NCBI GenBank assembly: GCA_937958815.1
Contig: CALGMR010000001.1
Span: 96,300-160,299 of the forward strand
Direction of reading: 5' to 3'
From: an uncultured Rhizobiaceae group bacterium
GTDB taxonomy: Bacteria > Pseudomonadota > Alphaproteobacteria > Rhizobiales > Rhizobiaceae
DNA length: 64,000 bases
Shown: piece after piece, positions 26,648 to 40,635 of the stretch
How positions within the stretch are numbered: position 1 is the stretch's first letter
Layout of the letters: each line of letters opens with the position of its first letter
Made by a program: the position numbers and the translations under genes
The notes under the pieces: generated by a model
Seen by the model: the letters and a program-made list of their open reading frames with translations, nothing else
What the model was told of the DNA's origin: nothing
Database searches by the model: none

Positions 26648-28477
26648 ATGACAGGACTTATCGTAAAATTAGCCGTTATTGGTTTCTCAGGCATCGCCTC
26701 CCAATGGATTGCATGGCGGGTTAGAATTCCAGCCATCGCGCTTTTATTGTTGGCAGGGCTGCTGTTAGGGCCCGTGACAGGCTATGTCGCCCCGCAACAA
26801 GATTTAGGTGATCTGTACAAACCGATCATCGCTCTGTCTGTCGCCATCATTTTGTTCGAAGGTGGCCTCACCCTGAATTTTCGGGAAATCCGCGAAACAT
26901 CCAGCGCTGTTCGCGCCATCATACTGATCGGTGGGCCACTGGTCTGGTTGTTTTCCGCATTGAGTGCGCACTACGCGGCTGGCTTGTCCTGGCCATCCGC
27001 CATTGTATTGGGCGCGATATTGGTCGTCACAGGGCCAACCGTCATCATGCCTTTGCTGCGACAGGCCCAATTGAGCCATCGCCCTGCTGCATTGTTGCGA
27101 TGGGAAGCCATCGTCAACGACCCGATCGGCGCATTATTTGCGGTCATATCATTCGAAGTCTATTTGGTTTTGCACGGGTCTCATGGTGCTTCTGACTTGG
27201 TTCTAACACTCATTTTAGGAGCCATCATCGCTGTCGGTGGCGGATATGCAGCGGGAACAGCCGTTGCAAGAGCATTCGTTGGCGGCAAGGTTCCAGAATT
27301 TCTAAAATCGCCCGTCCTTTTGGTTGTCGTCTTAGGCGCCTATGCGATTTCCGATCTGGTGTTGGAAGAGTCTGGTTTGCTCACCGTGACCGTGATGGGC
27401 ATTACATTGGCCAATTCAAAACTGGCAAGTCTCACAGAACTGCGCCGATTTAAAGAAACCATCACTGTTCTGTTGGTGTCAGGTTTGTTCATTTTGCTGA
27501 CTGCGTCATTAGACTTAAACGCGCTCTATTCATTGGGTTGGGGAGCAGCTTTATTCGTTGCCCTCGTTCTGTTCGTTGTGCGGCCAATTGCAATCATGAT
27601 CGCAACCGCAGGGCGTGGACTGTCACTGTCTGAACGAGTGTTGGTGTCTTGGATCGCACCGCGAGGCATTGTCGCTGTGGCTGTGTCGGGTCTGTTCGGC
27701 ACTGCTTTGGTAGAAAACGGCGTCGCCGACGGCACTCAGCTGACCGCCCTCACATTTGCCGTGGTGGCATCAACCATTCTTCTGCATGGTTTCACCTTGG
27801 CTCCTCTGGCCAGCGCGTTTGGCTTAAAGTCGGCGGAAAAACCCGGTATTATGATTGTCGGCGGGTCAGAATGGTCTGATGCACTGGCGCAAAAACTCAA
27901 AGATCTGGAACTGCCCGTTTTGATTGTGGACTCCAACTACAATCACATTAAGCGATCACGCCTGAACGACATCCCTGTCTTTTATGGTGAAGTTTTGTCG
28001 GAAACCGCGCATCACGACATCACATTAAACCGCTATTCGCATCTTATCGCGGCCACCGACAACGATGCTTACAACTCGCTCGTATGTACGGAGTTCGGTC
28101 CTGAGCTCGGCCGCAGCCACGTCTTTCAAATCGGTTCTGTACGCGACGAAAGTGAGCGCCAGTCCATTAGTGTAACCGTGGGCGGCCGTCCGTTGTTCAA
28201 GCCTGGTCGAGAATTCTCGGAATTGCGTCGCCAAATCTGGAATGGCTGGACATTCCAAAGCACGCGATTGACCGAGGAGTTTAATTACAGCGACTATCTC
28301 GACACGAGAACAAAAGACACAAAGCTGATCTTGTGGGTAAAACCCAATGGTCAAATACACTTCAAACAAGGGCGCGGTGATGCCGAACCCGGCATTGAAG
28401 ACGTTTTGATAGCTTTTGGCCCCGCTTCTGAGCGCGACACCAACCAAAAGTCCAACACTTCATCTGAAAAATTCTAA
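26648..28477 (+). CDS. CPA1-family cation:proton (Na+/H+) antiporter with a C-terminal RCK/TrkA-N-like domain
   Basis: 609 aa. About 12 TM helices in an Na_H_exchanger-type core are followed by IMIVGGSEWSDALAQKLKDLELPVLIVDSN, a Rossmann-like regulatory domain. Confidence 0.88.
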   Translation: MTGLIVKLAVIGFSGIASQWIAWRVRIPAIALLLLAGLLLGPVTGYVAPQQDLGDLYKPIIALSVAIILFEGGLTLNFREIRETSSAVRAIILIGGPLVWLFSALSAHYAAGLSWPSAIVLGAILVVTGPTVIMPLLRQAQLSHRPAALLRWEAIVNDPIGALFAVISFEVYLVLHGSHGASDLVLTLILGAIIAVGGGYAAGTAVARAFVGGKVPEFLKSPVLLVVVLGAYAISDLVLEESGLLTVTVMGITLANSKLASLTELRRFKETITVLLVSGLFILLTASLDLNALYSLGWGAALFVALVLFVVRPIAIMIATAGRGLSLSERVLVSWIAPRGIVAVAVSGLFGTALVENGVADGTQLTALTFAVVASTILLHGFTLAPLASAFGLKSAEKPGIMIVGGSEWSDALAQKLKDLELPVLIVDSNYNHIKRSRLNDIPVFYGEVLSETAHHDITLNRYSHLIAATDNDAYNSLVCTEFGPELGRSHVFQIGSVRDESERQSISVTVGGRPLFKPGREFSELRRQIWNGWTFQSTRLTEEFNYSDYLDTRTKDTKLILWVKPNGQIHFKQGRGDAEPGIEDVLIAFGPASERDTNQKSNTSSEKF

Positions 28478-29355
28478 TGTCACAAACCCGCCTCCATCTT
28501 TCTGCCCGCAAGCCTGAAGCACACCACCTAGCCGCCATTCTCGATACGACTTTTGAAGAAGAAGGCGTGACAAGCGTTCTTTTTGAAACCGAAGAAGATT
28601 CGGGCGTGTGGTGCTATTCAATCTACGTCGACACAAACGAAGCCGACCAACGCGAGCAACAGATCAAAGACTTGTTGGGAAGTGATGCTTTCGGGTTAGA
28701 CATTGGGCGAGAAGAGCTTGGCGATGTGGACTGGATATCCCAAACACTTCGCGAACTCTCCCCCGTCGAGGCAGGACGGTTCTTCGTCCACGGATCACAT
28801 GATATTGCATTGGCAGAAAACAAACGCGTACCAGTTCTTGTGGATGCCGGCCAAGCCTTTGGCACGGGCCACCATGGAACGACCGCGGGCTGTTTAGATA
28901 TGCTGGAATTGGTGTTGCGCCGCCGCAAGCCAAGCTTTGCCATGGATATTGGCACCGGTTCCGGTGTTTTAGCCATTGCAGCGGCCAAGGCCGCCCGCAT
29001 TCCCGTTTTGGCAACCGATATTGACCCAATTTCAGAAGTGGTGGCGCGCGAAAACTGCGCGATCAACGGTGTGGGAAACTTTGTCACGTGCCGCACGGCT
29101 ACTGGGTTCCAGCATCCTGTGTTCCGCGAGTTCAGCAAGGCTGACCTGTTGTTCGCCAACATCTTGGCGCGCCCACTGGAAGGCCTGGCACACCCAATGC
29201 AAGCACATTTGGCTCCAGGTGCCGATGTGATCTTATCTGGCCTGCTGCCTCATCAAAGATCGCGCATTGTGTCGGCCTACAGCAAACAGGGTTTGCGCCT
29301 CATCAAATGGCACATCCGCGATGGCTGGCTTACTTTGCTTATGCGCAAGCCATAA
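28477..29355 (+). CDS. prmA: 50S ribosomal protein L11 methyltransferase
   Basis: 292 aa. It carries the FGTGHHGTT and SAM-binding DIGTGSGVLAIAAAK motifs. Its start overlaps the antiporter stop (TAATG). Confidence 0.9.
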   Translation: MSQTRLHLSARKPEAHHLAAILDTTFEEEGVTSVLFETEEDSGVWCYSIYVDTNEADQREQQIKDLLGSDAFGLDIGREELGDVDWISQTLRELSPVEAGRFFVHGSHDIALAENKRVPVLVDAGQAFGTGHHGTTAGCLDMLELVLRRRKPSFAMDIGTGSGVLAIAAAKAARIPVLATDIDPISEVVARENCAINGVGNFVTCRTATGFQHPVFREFSKADLLFANILARPLEGLAHPMQAHLAPGADVILSGLLPHQRSRIVSAYSKQGLRLIKWHIRDGWLTLLMRKP

Positions 29356-29386
29356 AAAAACGGGCCTCGAAGGACCCGTTCTTTTC
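29356..29386. terminator. bidirectional rho-independent terminator between prmA and the DUF1127 gene
   Basis: aaaaaacgggcc-tcgaa-ggacccgttctttt: a GC stem flanked by an A-run on one side and a T-run on the other, between convergent genes. Confidence 0.75.
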
Positions 29387-29404
29387 GTCTCAAAAACGAT
29401 AACC

Positions 29405-29569
29405 TTAGAAAGGATATACGCTTGCGCCTTGAGCTTTAAGCTGTGCGCGTGTGTAACCGGCTTTTTCCAAAGTCGCATCGTCAAGGTTGAGCATAGCGCC
29501 AGCAACATAACGGCGAGCCTGCTTTTCACGTGCTGCTACCATGCGATCAAAAGTGTTGCGAAGTCCCAT
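29405..29569 (-). CDS. DUF1127-like small protein
   Basis: 54 aa from the ATG at 29569. The Arg-rich N-terminal half is followed by LNLDDATLEKAGYTRAQL, which resembles the DUF1127 C-terminal motif. Confidence 0.55.
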   Translation of the reverse strand: MGLRNTFDRMVAAREKQARRYVAGAMLNLDDATLEKAGYTRAQLKAQGASVYPF

Positions 29570-29768
29570 ATCTCTTTTTCCTTCTATCTCGGAGCCGGTC
29601 AATCAGTGACTGGCTATGTTTGGAAGATAGGCTTTTGGGAGAGATTGGTAAGGGGTGCAAACGCAGATGAGCCGTGCAAAAAATGCATAGGCCGTTTAAT
29701 ATTTCCGTCACATTCGCCGCGCGGCTTGAACGTGCTAATGTTGGATCAAAGAAAAATCGGATTGCCAA

Positions 29769-31613
29769 ATGTTCCAAAACTTTTCAGCGCCAGACTATCC
29801 TGTCACTGGTGACAGCCGCCTCAAAGCACTGCGCAATGAGATGGAGAAACACTCTCTTGACGCGCTCATCGTTCCCCATGCAGATGAGCAGCGTAACGAA
29901 TATTTGCCAGCCAGTGCAGAACGTCTGGCTTGGATATCCGGTTTCACGGGCTCTGCGGGCGAAGCTGTCATTACCAAAGAGCAAGCGGTTGTTTTCGTCG
30001 ACGGACGCTACACTTTGCAATCCGCACAACAAACTGATGCAAATTTCTGGACGGTGGAAAGTCTGATCGAAAATCCAGCCCACAAATGGTTACGGCAAAA
30101 TTTGGGGTCGGGATCACACATTGGCTTCGATCCTTGGCTGCATACTTTAAACGAAGTGAAAAACTTCAAAGCGGCCGCCAAAGACATTGATGGGGAATTG
30201 ATCCCCTTAGAAACCAATCTTGTCGATGCCGTTTGGCAAGACCGCCCAGCGCCACCGTGCGAACCCGTCTCCATTCATGATTTCACTTACGCAGGAAAGC
30301 CCACGCGCAAAAAGCTGGAAGCCATGCAAGCTGCTATGGTCACCAACAATGCAGATTTATGTGTGTTGAGCGACCCCTCTTCTGTGTGTTGGCTGTTCAA
30401 CATTCGTGGTCACGATGTGGCTCACACGCCCATCACATTGGCTCATGCCGTTTTGCGCAGTGATGAAGACCCCATACTCTTCATCGACGGACGAAAACTG
30501 GATATTGAGACAAAGGCGTTTCTCACCCAAGTCTGCGAACTTCGCGAAGCAAACGAGTTGTCGCAAACACTGAGCGCTCTGGCAGACCAAGCCCGCGTCA
30601 TGCTTGACCCCAATCTTGCAGCCTTTGCCCTTCATTCAATTGTTGAAGATGCAGGCGGCACCGTTGTTTCAGCAGCAGACCCCGCTCGCCTGCCCCGCGC
30701 CATAAAAAACGAAGCCGAGATAAAGGGCACACGCAGCGCGCACTTGCGCGATGGTGCTGCGGTGACCAGTTTCCTGGCATGGCTCGATCAACAGCCATCT
30801 GGCAGCATTGACGAAATTACAGCTGCCAAAAAGCTGGAGCAATACCGCACCGACATGGCAGGCAACATGCCACTGCGCGACATTTCCTTTGACACAATTT
30901 CAGGCTCTGGCCCCAATGGCGCAATTGTTCATTACCGGGCTGATGAAAACAGCAACCGCACATTGCAAGAAGGTGAATTGTATCTTTGTGATTCCGGTGC
31001 TCAACACGATGACGGCACGACCGACATCACCCGTACCATCGCCGTTGGCGAACCAAGCGACGAACAGCGCAAAATGTTCACACTGGTTTTAAAAGGCCAT
31101 ATCGGAATTGCACTTGCGCGTTTTCCCAAAGGCACGCGCGGCGTAGATATTGATGTTTTGGCACGCATGCCATTGTGGCAGCACGGCGCAGATTATGCTC
31201 ACGGCACAGGTCATGGGGTCGGATCGTATCTGTCTGTTCATGAAGGGCCACAGAACATTTCAAAACGCGGCATGCAGGAATTGTTGCCAGGCATGATTAT
31301 TTCCAATGAACCTGGATATTATCGCACGGGCGAATTTGGCATCCGTATTGAAAACCTTGTTCTCGTTCGCGAGGAAATGGAAATAGTCGGTGGCGATCAA
31401 CCCATGCTTGGCTTTGAAACTCTCACCCTTGCACCAATCGACCAGCGATTGATCGACCCAACACTGTTAACTGATAACGAACTTCATTGGCTCAACGCCT
31501 ACCATGGCCATGTTCGGCGAGAGTTGGAGCCATTAGTGGAAGAGCGCGTGGCCAATTGGCTAAAGAGTGCCACCGAACCTATGGTGCAGAATTTACCGCC
31601 TGCCTCCGCTTAA
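29769..31613 (+). CDS. Xaa-Pro aminopeptidase (M24B, aminopeptidase P family)
   Basis: 614 aa. A creatinase/prolidase-type N-domain precedes an M24 catalytic domain with metal ligands in context (DSGAQHDDGTTDITRT, HGTGHGVG, SNEPGYY, IRIENLV). Confidence 0.9.
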   Translation: MFQNFSAPDYPVTGDSRLKALRNEMEKHSLDALIVPHADEQRNEYLPASAERLAWISGFTGSAGEAVITKEQAVVFVDGRYTLQSAQQTDANFWTVESLIENPAHKWLRQNLGSGSHIGFDPWLHTLNEVKNFKAAAKDIDGELIPLETNLVDAVWQDRPAPPCEPVSIHDFTYAGKPTRKKLEAMQAAMVTNNADLCVLSDPSSVCWLFNIRGHDVAHTPITLAHAVLRSDEDPILFIDGRKLDIETKAFLTQVCELREANELSQTLSALADQARVMLDPNLAAFALHSIVEDAGGTVVSAADPARLPRAIKNEAEIKGTRSAHLRDGAAVTSFLAWLDQQPSGSIDEITAAKKLEQYRTDMAGNMPLRDISFDTISGSGPNGAIVHYRADENSNRTLQEGELYLCDSGAQHDDGTTDITRTIAVGEPSDEQRKMFTLVLKGHIGIALARFPKGTRGVDIDVLARMPLWQHGADYAHGTGHGVGSYLSVHEGPQNISKRGMQELLPGMIISNEPGYYRTGEFGIRIENLVLVREEMEIVGGDQPMLGFETLTLAPIDQRLIDPTLLTDNELHWLNAYHGHVRRELEPLVEERVANWLKSATEPMVQNLPPASA

Positions 31614-31913
31614 AAGCCGAGATAGCGCATACCCAACAGAAACAACAAAGCGGCAAACACTGCTGCGATGAATGGCAAACGAAAACTGAGCACCAATGCC
31701 ACGAACAGGGTGAGCCATTCCAGCCATCCGCCATCAACGACCGTCGGCACAACCAGTGTTATCATTACGGCCACGGGCACTGCTTCAAGCGCAGCTTCCA
31801 CCCGAAATGGAATGGGTTCGAAACGCGCCATAATGTAATGACCAGCCAGACGGTTGACCAAAGTGACAATTCCACCCGCCACAATCAGAAAGACCAGTGT
31901 CATATCCAACGCA

Positions 31914-31921
<8 letters not shown>
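31610..31921 (-). CDS. azlD: branched-chain amino acid exporter small subunit AzlD
   Basis: A hydrophobic protein of about 103 aa immediately after azlC. The ATG at 31921 is preceded by GGAG; the ORF track starts at the TTG at 31945. Confidence 0.8.
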
Positions 31922-36428
<4,507 letters not shown>

Positions 36429-36557
36429 GAATCGGATGCAAGCCAGACAATTTCAGTGACCGGATTTTAAACGGATTCTTGTGCCGGAACCAGTACGTTT
36501 CCTATTTGTACCGCGACTTTTAAGATGCAGGCCAAATCTCAGAAACAAATGCAAAAA

Positions 36558-37436
36558 TTAGGTGTTGCGAACGCCAATAATCGTTTTTGCAGCTCGCGTA
36601 ATCCAAGAGCCCTGGTTTGCAAGTGGGCGAAGGCCACCTTTTTCAAGCAAAGCGTAGGAATCTTTATACCATTGGCTTTCAGGAAAATTGTGGCCCAAAA
36701 CGGCAGCAGCAGTTTGCGCTTCTGACACAAGGCCAAGTGCAAAATAGGCTTCTGTCAAACGCGCAAGCGCTTCTTCGATATGTCGCGTCTCTTGATACGT
36801 CTCAACAACGGTGCGGAAGCGGTTGATCGCAGCCAAATGCTCACGGCGCTCTAGGTAATAACGCCCAACAAGCATTTCTTTACCAGCCAACTGGTCACGC
36901 GCTATGCGCATCTTACGCCGAGCATCTTCCACATATTCACTGTCGGGATAACGCGTCACCAATTCGTTCATTGCGCGATATGAATCTCTCGCGGCTTTTT
37001 GATCGCGTGTCACATCAACCAATCGCTTGTGATGCGACATTCCAATCAAATATTGCACATAAGGCGCTTCTTCATGCGAGGGATAAAGCCCAACAAAACG
37101 CTTCCCGTTGGACACGGCCTCGGTGTAGTTGCCGCCGCGATAGGCCAGATAGGTCGACATAACCCCAGACTGGCGGGCAAATTTCGAGAATGGATGCTGA
37201 CGGTCAAGTTTTTGCAACTTACGCTTTGCCTGAACGGAATCACCCGCATCGATGTTAGCCAGAGCTTCATTGTAAAGCTGGTCGGCCGGAACAGTTGGTT
37301 CCACAAATGCGTTTATGTCTTGGTCCTTTGAACAAGCAGACAGCAAAAGCGCTGCAGCAACACAGAAGAGGGGCGCTTTAAGCAGCCCACCCTTCGATGT
37401 TTTTCTATTCAGACCAGATTTAAACACATCCGCCAT
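36558..37436 (-). CDS. bamD: outer membrane protein assembly factor BamD
   Basis: 292 aa. Lipobox LLSAC is followed by TPR-like repeats (YNEALANIDAGD.., YPDSEYVEDA..). Its position between recN and lpxC is the usual alphaproteobacterial order. Confidence 0.88.
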   Translation of the reverse strand: MADVFKSGLNRKTSKGGLLKAPLFCVAAALLLSACSKDQDINAFVEPTVPADQLYNEALANIDAGDSVQAKRKLQKLDRQHPFSKFARQSGVMSTYLAYRGGNYTEAVSNGKRFVGLYPSHEEAPYVQYLIGMSHHKRLVDVTRDQKAARDSYRAMNELVTRYPDSEYVEDARRKMRIARDQLAGKEMLVGRYYLERREHLAAINRFRTVVETYQETRHIEEALARLTEAYFALGLVSEAQTAAAVLGHNFPESQWYKDSYALLEKGGLRPLANQGSWITRAAKTIIGVRNT

Positions 37437-37590
37437 GTTTTACTTCCCAACGCGCCGCATCACAAAAATCGGCATTTCGTTTCATTCAAATACAATGAAA
37501 TTGCAAATAGAACAATGTCTAGGCCGAGTGAGTGAGACACAAATCGCACATTTTTGAGGCAAAAAGGCTAAATTTGGAAATGAGGTAAAT

Positions 37591-38550
37591 TTAGCTCTTT
37601 TCGGGAGCAAACGATGGCGACTTAACAGCCAACAGTTCCACACGACCAGCAGAAGAACGGTTGATTGGAGACTCATCGCTCCACTCATAATTGGATGTGT
37701 CGCTCAACAAAGCCTGCAACGCCAAAGCATTCAATTTATGGCCACCGCGATACGATCTGAAACACCCAAGAATTTGAGCGCCTGCCAAAGCAAGATCACC
37801 CACAGCATCAAGGGTCTTATGACGAACAAACTCGTCTTTATATCGCAAACCTTCTGGATTTATGATGTTGTTATCATTACAAATAACCACAGAATTATCG
37901 AGGCTAGATCCAAGCGCAAAGCCAGCGGCCCAGTAACGTTCAACATCCTTCATGAAGCCAAATGTGCGCGCACGAGACAATTCCTTACGGAACACATCCG
38001 GTGTCAGGTTGGATGCAAAATTTTGACGTCCAATAATCGGTTCATCAAAATCGATTTCCACCTCAAAACGGGTCGTTTCATGTGGCGTGAACATGCCCCA
38101 AGAAGGCCCCATATCAAAGCGCACTTCTTTCAAAACGCGCAGATACCGGCGTGGGCGGTGTTGACCAACAAGCCCAACCTGATCAATAGCATCGACGAAA
38201 ACTTCAGAAGAGCCGTCCATTACAGGAACTTCGGCGCTGTCGACCTCAACAATGACATTATCGACATGAAGCGCAATCAAAGCAGCCATCAAATGCTCGA
38301 CGGTCATCACGTGTACGCCAGCAGGTTCACCCAATACCGTGCAGAGATCTGTAGAACCAACGGAGGAGACGATTGCAGGAATATCTTTCTGCATTTCTGG
38401 AGCAACATCGCTTCTTTGAAAAACGATGCCAGTATCAGCATCGGCTGGTAAAAGTGAGATAGAAACGGGCTTACCGCTGTGAACACCTACGCCCGACAAA
38501 TCGATACGAGACGCGATCGTGTTTTGAATTCCAGATACTGTAAGACCCAT
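37591..38550 (-). CDS. lpxC: UDP-3-O-acyl-N-acetylglucosamine deacetylase
   Basis: GVGVHSGKPVSISLLPA, EHLMAAL and HKLN motifs are present. The ATG at 38550 gives a canonical N-terminus; the ORF track starts at the TTG at 38598. Confidence 0.94.
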   Translation of the reverse strand: MGLTVSGIQNTIASRIDLSGVGVHSGKPVSISLLPADADTGIVFQRSDVAPEMQKDIPAIVSSVGSTDLCTVLGEPAGVHVMTVEHLMAALIALHVDNVIVEVDSAEVPVMDGSSEVFVDAIDQVGLVGQHRPRRYLRVLKEVRFDMGPSWGMFTPHETTRFEVEIDFDEPIIGRQNFASNLTPDVFRKELSRARTFGFMKDVERYWAAGFALGSSLDNSVVICNDNNIINPEGLRYKDEFVRHKTLDAVGDLALAGAQILGCFRSYRGGHKLNALALQALLSDTSNYEWSDESPINRSSAGRVELLAVKSPSFAPEKS

Positions 38551-38743
38551 ATTTACCCCGTTACTCGCGCGATACTCAAACGCGATGTTCCAAAACAATT
38601 GCTTCCAGGAGAATGTCTTATATGGCGTGCTTTTGGCACATCCCCAACGATGACCATACGAGTCACTCTTCCCAGCTTCCCAACAGTCATACGCACTGTT
38701 GATGAGACTTCCAAATCACGCTTTCTTACGCTTTGTTACCGCG

Positions 38744-38758
38744 TTAACAAACTGTTAA
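38744..38758. promoter_or_regulatory. TTAA-N7-TTAA(C) element matching the CtrA-box consensus, upstream of lpxC
   Basis: The sequence is ttaacaaactgttaac. It lies between the ftsZ terminator and the lpxC start. Confidence 0.3.
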
Positions 38759-38787
38759 CATACTGAAAGTCCTAGACATTACGGTAT

Positions 38788-38830
38788 ACAAAAAGAAACA
38801 CTGACCCCGTCATATTACAGGGTCAGTGTT
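38788..38830 (-). terminator. rho-independent terminator after ftsZ
   Basis: Perfect 11-bp stem (aacactgaccc / gggtcagtgtt) with a 12-nt loop, followed on the minus strand by TCTTTTTGT. Confidence 0.85.
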
Positions 38831-38890
38831 AGCATTTTCTAAACAGTTTCCATTCTCTCAACCCTCAATAGAGGCCACTAGAGAATCGAT

Positions 38891-40549
38891 TTAATTTGCT
38901 TGGCGACGCAAGAAAGCTGGGATATCCAGCTGGTCCTCTTCAGAACCCGCACGCGATGCAGGCGCCTGACGACCGTGAATGTCCAAAGTTCCATTGCGCG
39001 GCGGTGCGTAAGGGTCGCCGCCTTCACGCGCAACTGGTGCAGGCTGAGGAGCGACTGGCGCAGGCGCAACAGCCGGCTGTGCAGCTGGAGCACTTTGCTT
39101 TGGCTCCTCATGTTCAGAAGTGCCACCAAAACCTGTTGCAATACGCTTCAACAAGCCCATTGGGCCGTTTTCTGTGGTCTCAGCAACTTGTTCAGCGCTC
39201 TTTTGTTGTGCAACTGCCGGAAGCTCATGAGTTTCTGGCATCCGTGGGGTTTCAGCAGCAGCAGCAGCTGGTGAAGTTTGCTGAACCGGTGCCGCTGGAA
39301 TTTGAATTTGCTCTTCTAATGCAGACTGGAAGTCGTCATCAGAAATTGGGTCCAACATATCAACGGTTTCTGTTTCAACAGCGCTTGGTGCTGCAACAGG
39401 CGTTGCACGTTCAACAATTGATGGAGCAGCTTCCGCAGTATCCAATTCAGCTGTCACTTCGGTGTGCTCAACAGATGCAGCAGCTGGCGCAGCAACAGTT
39501 GAGGTGCGGGCGATTGCAGACTGACGCAAACGTTCAGCAGCATCATTCATGCGTTGAGAATTAGGAAGTGCGCCGGAGCTGCCTTCTGCTTCAATGCCAG
39601 TCGCAACAACAGAAACGCGAATAATGCCTTCAAGGCTCTCGTCAAACGTGGCACCCAGAATGATATTTGCATCTGCATCGACTTCTTCGCGGATGCGTGT
39701 TGCGGCTTCATCAACTTCAAACAACGTCATATCACGACCACCAGTGATGGAGATCAACAAACCTTGTGCACCAGACATTGATGTTTCGTCCAACAATGGG
39801 TTTGAGATTGCCGCTTCTGCAGCGGCCATTGCGCGACCTTCGCCAGAAGCTTCGCCAGTACCCATCATAGCGCGACCCATTTCACGCATTACGGAACGCA
39901 CATCAGCAAAGTCTAGGTTGATCAAACCTTCTTTGACCATCAGGTCCGTGATACAAGCCACGCCGGAGTACAAGACTTGGTCAGCCATTGAAAATGCATC
40001 TGCAAATGTCGTCTTGTCATTTGCAACGCGGAAAAGGTTTTGGTTTGGAATGACGATCAATGTGTCGACATTTTTTTGCAGCTCAATAATGCCTTCTTCT
40101 GCCAGAACCATCCGGCGCTTGCCTTCGAAGGAAAACGGCTTGGTGACAACACCAACGGTAAGGATACCAGCTTCGCGTGCAGCGCGCGCCACAACTGGTG
40201 CAGCACCAGTGCCCGTTCCGCCGCCCATGCCAGCTGTCACAAATGCCATGTGAGTGCCGGAAAGGTGATCATTGATTTCATCAATGCACTCTTCTGCAGC
40301 AGCAGCGCCAACTTCAGGCTGCGAACCCGCGCCGAGACCTTCTGTTACTGCAACGCCCATCTGAATCAAGCGATCAGCCTTAGACATGGTCAGTGCCTGG
40401 GCATCGGTGTTTGCAACAACGAAGTCTACACCATCAAGGCCAGAAGCGATCATGTTGTTCACAGCATTGCCGCCGCCGCCGCCAACACCAAAAACGGTGA
40501 TCCGTGGCTTTAATTCCGTAATATCAGGCTTTTGTAGATTGATGGTCAT
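38891..40549 (-). CDS. ftsZ: cell division GTPase FtsZ
   Basis: 552 aa. It has the tubulin signature [10 protein letters not shown], a long Pro/Ala-rich linker and the conserved C-terminal peptide [12 protein letters not shown]. Confidence 0.98.
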   Translation of the reverse strand: MTINLQKPDITELKPRITVFGVGGGGGNAVNNMIASGLDGVDFVVANTDAQALTMSKADRLIQMGVAVTEGLGAGSQPEVGAAAAEECIDEINDHLSGTHMAFVTAGMGGGTGTGAAPVVARAAREAGILTVGVVTKPFSFEGKRRMVLAEEGIIELQKNVDTLIVIPNQNLFRVANDKTTFADAFSMADQVLYSGVACITDLMVKEGLINLDFADVRSVMREMGRAMMGTGEASGEGRAMAAAEAAISNPLLDETSMSGAQGLLISITGGRDMTLFEVDEAATRIREEVDADANIILGATFDESLEGIIRVSVVATGIEAEGSSGALPNSQRMNDAAERLRQSAIARTSTVAAPAAASVEHTEVTAELDTAEAAPSIVERATPVAAPSAVETETVDMLDPISDDDFQSALEEQIQIPAAPVQQTSPAAAAAETPRMPETHELPAVAQQKSAEQVAETTENGPMGLLKRIATGFGGTSEHEEPKQSAPAAQPAVAPAPVAPQPAPVAREGGDPYAPPRNGTLDIHGRQAPASRAGSEEDQLDIPAFLRRQAN

Positions 40550-40635
40550 GGTTTAGTCCTCGTTTTGATCTGGCTGGCCTGGATTTTATGTCCTGACCGA
40601 ATTGTTGCTCCCGGTTCTGTGCCGGGTGATGAATA

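Noticed and set aside
36481-36520. Possible LexA/SOS operator upstream of recN (ggaaccagtacgtttcc), and gttcccattgtgtgg upstream of uvrD at about 17067-17081
   Set aside because: Neither matches the alphaproteobacterial GTTC-N7-GTTC direct repeat. The recN-proximal sequence is only an imperfect palindrome, and the uvrD one has two mismatches in the second half-site. This is too weak to call.
40590-40635. Hairpin cccgg-ttctgtg-ccggg between ftsA and ftsZ as a terminator or attenuator
   Set aside because: The stem is short (5 bp) and has no following U-run on the transcribed (minus) strand. ftsA-ftsZ co-transcription is the norm.
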